Assembly: GCA_003971905.1 (NCBI GenBank) | Contig: RSEE01000104.1 | Coordinates: 1-64,000 of the forward strand | Reading direction: 5' to 3' | Origin: Moniliella sp. 'wahieum' | Taxonomy: Eukaryota | DNA: 64,000 nt | In this document: positions 60,141-64,000 of the stretch, in pieces | Layout of the letters: the number at the start of each line of letters is the position of its first letter | Position numbering within the stretch: the stretch's first letter is position 1 | Notes under the pieces: model-generated | Told to the model about the DNA's origin: nothing | Databases searched by the model: none | The model's input: the letters and a program-made list of their open reading frames with translations, nothing else | Made by a program: the position numbers and the translations under genes

Positions 60141-62472
60141 ATGGCCATCGCCATCTCCACCGCCATCTCCACCCCCACCACCACCATCCCCTGCTCCGCC
60201 ATGGCCATGGGCACCGCGCCCCTCGCCACCCTCGCCACCCCTGCCGCCCACGACGCCTGTCTCGCCGTCGCCGACACCCGCCCCGCCCTGCCCGACGCCG
60301 ACGCGGCCTCGGGCGCATACAGCTACGTCGTCCTCACCCTCCCGCCCTCCGCCGAGCCCCCCATCGACCTCCTCTTCGCTGGCCGCGGCAGTGTGCCCGA
60401 CGTGTGCCACCACCTCGCCGATCCAGCCGCTGTGCGCTTCGTGCTGCTGCGCGACCAGCATGCCCTGCTCCTGGTCCAGTTCCTCGGCGCCCAAGTCGGG
60501 TGTGTGCTTTTTTCCTTTAACCTTGGGCCCCGTCCACTGACTCTTTTTTGTTTTCTTGTTCTTGTTTTTGTCTTTTTCTTGCATTCCTCTTTGCAGTGGC
60601 GTCCGCCGCGCGCGCCCTCGCCCAAGCACGCACCCTCGCCCGCGACTTTGCCCCCTTCCGCCAGGCCGCCGCCACCGTCCTTCTCACCAAGCCCACCGAG
60701 CTCACTCCCACGCTCATCCATACCGCCTTGACCGCCAAAACCAAAGGTGCCGCGCCCTCTCACCCTCCCGCCACGTCGTCCCCCAGCTCGACTTTGGGCC
60801 CAGCTCGCGACCCGGGGCGCTGCCGCCGAGCAGTGGGTCCTCATCCGCCTCGCCCGTGGCTGGTATCGCGGCTCTGCGCGCGCGCTTCGCTGCGCTCGAT
60901 ACGGCTTCCAAGTCGGGCCCGGGCCCGGGCACGGGCACGGCCGCCAGGTCGGATCTGCCAGTCGATTCTAATGCCGCTTCGGTCACGGTCGCTTCTCCTG
61001 CTCACCGTCTTCGTCGTCGTCAGACCGATTCCCCTCCTCGATCGCCCGACAAGCTTCCCAATGCACCGTTGCACCATCCGCCTACGCGTTCCGCCTCAGC
61101 CTCAGCCTCAGCCTCCGTCCCCACCTCACCCTTACCGTTTGTCGCTACCACCAACCCTGCCGCCCATAGCTCCGCCCCCGGCAACGCCAACGCCAATGGC
61201 AATGCCTCTGTTTCGGCGAGTTGCTTGGCGCGCCCAAAGCCGAGCCGAGAGAGCAGCAGCAATGGCGACTCGAGTCGGCGTACCATGTCTTCCATATCGA
61301 CCGTTCCGTCTCCCGTGTCGCCGCGGGACTCACCGGACCTGCGAGCACCAGCCCCGACATGCAGTACGGGTGTGCGTGCGCGTTCGCCTACGTCGTTGCA
61401 CCTTTCGCGCCCTGGCGGGACGGGAGTAGATTCGCGACCGTCGTCAGTGGGCATGGGGGAGTCGGAGGAAGAGGAAGAAGATTTGATTGACGATCAGGGG
61501 GATGCGGTACTGATTGCGTTACGTGGGGATAGGAAAGCGCGGAAACGGGTGGTGGTGGCGCGAGAACGGTTGTTACGCTCGCAGCAACATGCAGCGCAGC
61601 AACTTGCGCGAGCCAAGGCCGAGTGGGATCGGTTAGCTGAGCAAGTGCGGGCGGCACGACAAGCTCTGGCCACGGCGACGGTACGTGCTGAGGTGTTAGC
61701 TGAGCGGTGGGCGGAGCAGCGTCCGGCCCGTGCCCGACTGGACGCGTTTGATCGGAGTCAAGTGGAAGCGGGGGAGAGTGAGCGGGTGGCGCAACGCAAT
61801 CGCGAGTTGGCGAGTCAAGCACGTGCCTTGGCCCAGCTCGAGCGGGAGTACACGTCCTGGGCCGAGCGGGCAAGAAGTACGTGACGAAGCCGGGAAGCGA
61901 ATGCACTCCCACACCCAATGGGAGCATACTGTTGTGCGTGAGTTCGAGGCGGCGCAACAAGCGCGAGCGGCGCAAGCTGAACGGCAAGGACTCAAGCTCT
62001 GGGCCCAGACTGTGGCGCAGCACCGGCTGCGCGAGGCGGAGGAACTGGTGGTGCTGCCTCGGCGCGCGCGGCAGTGGGCAACCAGCTTGCCCGCTCACCC
62101 TATCTGGCCGGGGAAGAGGCCGCGCTGTTAGTTGCCTGTGTCGGTGTGCAGAGGGGGGAAGTGGGTTCGCTCAAGCGACGTACGTGTCTCGTGCATCGAC
62201 CTTTGGGGCCACACCGGGGCGCAGTAGAGATTTACTCGTCGGACCCGGCGGTGGGACTGGGAACGGCATCGATGCCCAAACCGCCACTGTGGTCCATCGC
62301 GCCGTCTGACGTGGCGAGCGTGCAAGATGCCGAGTCGGAGCTGATGCTGGACCATGCGGTCGTGTTGCTCAACGAGAGGAAGGACATGGTGGTCGTCTTT
62401 GTCGCCGATTCGGACGAGGAAAAAGTCGCGCTCACGGCCGCCTTGGAGACGGCAACAGGACGAGTGTACTAG
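60141..62472 (+). CDS. Fungal protein with an N-terminal ADF-H-like domain, a central coiled coil and a C-terminal PH-like domain
   Basis: YVVL...LLFAGRGSV...RFVLL...LLVQF, an intron, then GVRRARALAQ (ADF-H-like). Coiled coil at ~61500-62050. The PH-like tail is KRRTCLV...EIY...HAVVLL...VFVADSDEEKVALTAAL. Confidence 0.65.
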
Positions 62473-63679
62473 CCTCTCAACTCTCAACCCCCGCCCTCAC
62501 CACTTTGGACCTCTTTTCCCCGTTCTTGTTCCCTCCTGCCCTCCTGCCCTCCCCGCCTCTCCGCCTCCCCACCTCACACCCGCCCTCTCTCTTTCGCCCG
62601 CGCTGTCTTCCTCCCTTTTGAGAAGGAGCTGGTCGCAGCCAGGCTGCGTTCATACCCGTTTCCCCCCTGTGCCTCCCCGCCCCCCGCCGCCCTGCCCCCA
62701 CTCTCACCCCTGAACTGCTGGTACCGGATCGTCCACTTTGCTTCCCACCTTCGTTCATTCTCATCATCCTCATTCTCTTAGTCCTTTCTCTCTCTCACCT
62801 TCTCTTTCGCCTTCTCTTCCGCCTCTGTCTTGTCTCTCCACCTCCCGTCTTGGCTCTGCTCTCTCCATTCCACTCCGACCCTGTGTGCCCAGGGCCCGGG
62901 GGTTGGCCGGTGGGGAGGTACACACGTCTCAGACGCGCGAGCATACCACCCGTTTGTCCCTTGCACGCATCCTATCCTCTCAATATCACCTATCACCTAT
63001 CACCATCACGTCCCATATATCCCCTCATATATCACTTCTCGCTTGACCCCATTTTCGCCCCATTTCACCGGAAGCGCGTAAGCGCGTAAGCTCTCAACAC
63101 CACAAATCGAGCTTGGATTCCCCTCTGTCGCGTCTGTCGCGCGCGGTGTGTGCTGCGCCAGCTGCGCCCTTTCGTATTGGACTCCCCTTGCGCTTAGATA
63201 CTTCTAGTGAACTACTGCCAGGGCCAAACCCCGTAGTCAGCCCTCTTGGCTTCAATATTCAATCTCGACTGTGGCTGGTACTTTGACTGTTTTGGACTTG
63301 GAGTTTGATCTCGACGTTTGGTGTGCGATGGACGTCTGGGCCGCGGCAGCGACCGTCATGCGGGACGGGACGGAGCTCAGGTACAGTACAGTACGGCTAC
63401 ATAGGCGAGAGGTGCACCGACGATGATCGAATGGATAGGACAAGGGCAAGGGGGAGAGGTAGGAGAGGAAACAGAGATGGAGTGCTGCTGCGCATGGGCG
63501 CACAAGTCGGGACAGGCGGTCTAGGGTGGCCCTGGGAGGGGAACAGCCGAGAGACCTTCAATGGCTACACCACCATCACCATCATCTTCATGCAACACCA
63601 CCGCCGCACGCAGGGACCTGCGAGCCGTGCTGAGACCCCGCGCAGGCCCATCACGTTTCTCCATGCAGGTGGGTACGCG

Positions 63680-64000
63680 TTAGGCCACCTTGGTCGTCAA
63701 GCGGCGGAGGACAGGGACGTTCAAGTACGCGGGGCAGTACGTTTCGATGCCAGTCACTTCACGTGGCATGGGCAGTTCGTACGGTCCCGCCTCGTCCACT
63801 TCGGGTGGGAGAAGGAGGTGGTCGTTACGGTCGTTGGGTACGACGCGGGCGGCGACAGCTTTGAGGATTTCGGGCGAGATGGGGTTCTCGTAATCGGCGA
63901 CGGCGTAGTGGGAGATGAGTTTTTGGATTTGGGTCGGGGTCAGCATCCAGCACACGTCGTAGATGATGTCAATGTCGCCCAGGGTGGCCTTTTTGAGCTG
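63680..64000 (-). CDS. MYO2: Class V myosin, C-terminal DIL/globular tail (partial; the gene continues beyond the window)
   Basis: QLKKATLGDIDIIYDVCWMLTPTQIQKLISHYAVADYENPISPEILKAVAARV...PYELPMPREVTGIETYCPAYLNVP. Confidence 0.93.
   Translation of the reverse strand, partial: QLKKATLGDIDIIYDVCWMLTPTQIQKLISHYAVADYENPISPEILKAVAARVVPNDRNDHLLLPPEVDEAGPYELPMPREVTGIETYCPAYLNVPVLRRLTTKVA

Noticed and set aside
58557..60731. 724-aa ORF as a SET-ADF-H fusion protein
   Set aside because: A frameshift near 59550 bypasses the RKM4 stop at 59763. These are two separate genes.

Overview
Eukaryotic DNA from a basidiomycete fungus, most likely Ustilaginomycotina, judged from the spliceosomal introns (GTRNGT...CTRAC...YAG) and the Msb2-like and myosin-V-like proteins. 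The assembly looks like an uncorrected long-read consensus: nearly every gene has 1-nt frameshifts, so gene boundaries are approximate. Layout: (i) 1-2137 is a very homogeneous 40-bp tandem array of about 53 copies. It is joined through a 7-bp microhomology to two 139-bp repeats that carry CCCTAA-like relics, an arrangement that resembles a chromosome end with a non-canonical terminal repeat. (ii) 2.4-8.9 kb is a subtelomere-like patchwork of minisatellites, a truncated Ty3/gypsy element (182-bp LTR, self-priming 9-nt PBS, gag), a DNA-transposase-like fragment and a decayed tRNA-like gene. (iii) 9-28 kb holds an F-box protein, a TM+SH3 protein, Tls1/C9orf78, a glycogenin-like GT8 and an Msb2-like mucin. 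(iv) 28.7-39.6 kb is a gene-free, lower-GC island with solo-LTR-like relics. (v) 40-64 kb holds an Ibd2-like protein, a PBDC1/Chp1 pseudogene, MPDU1, a LAG1 ceramide synthase, a coiled-coil protein, tropomyosin, an Rkm4/SETD6 methyltransferase, an ADF-H+PH protein and the 3' end of myosin V. No CRISPR array and no prokaryotic features are present.
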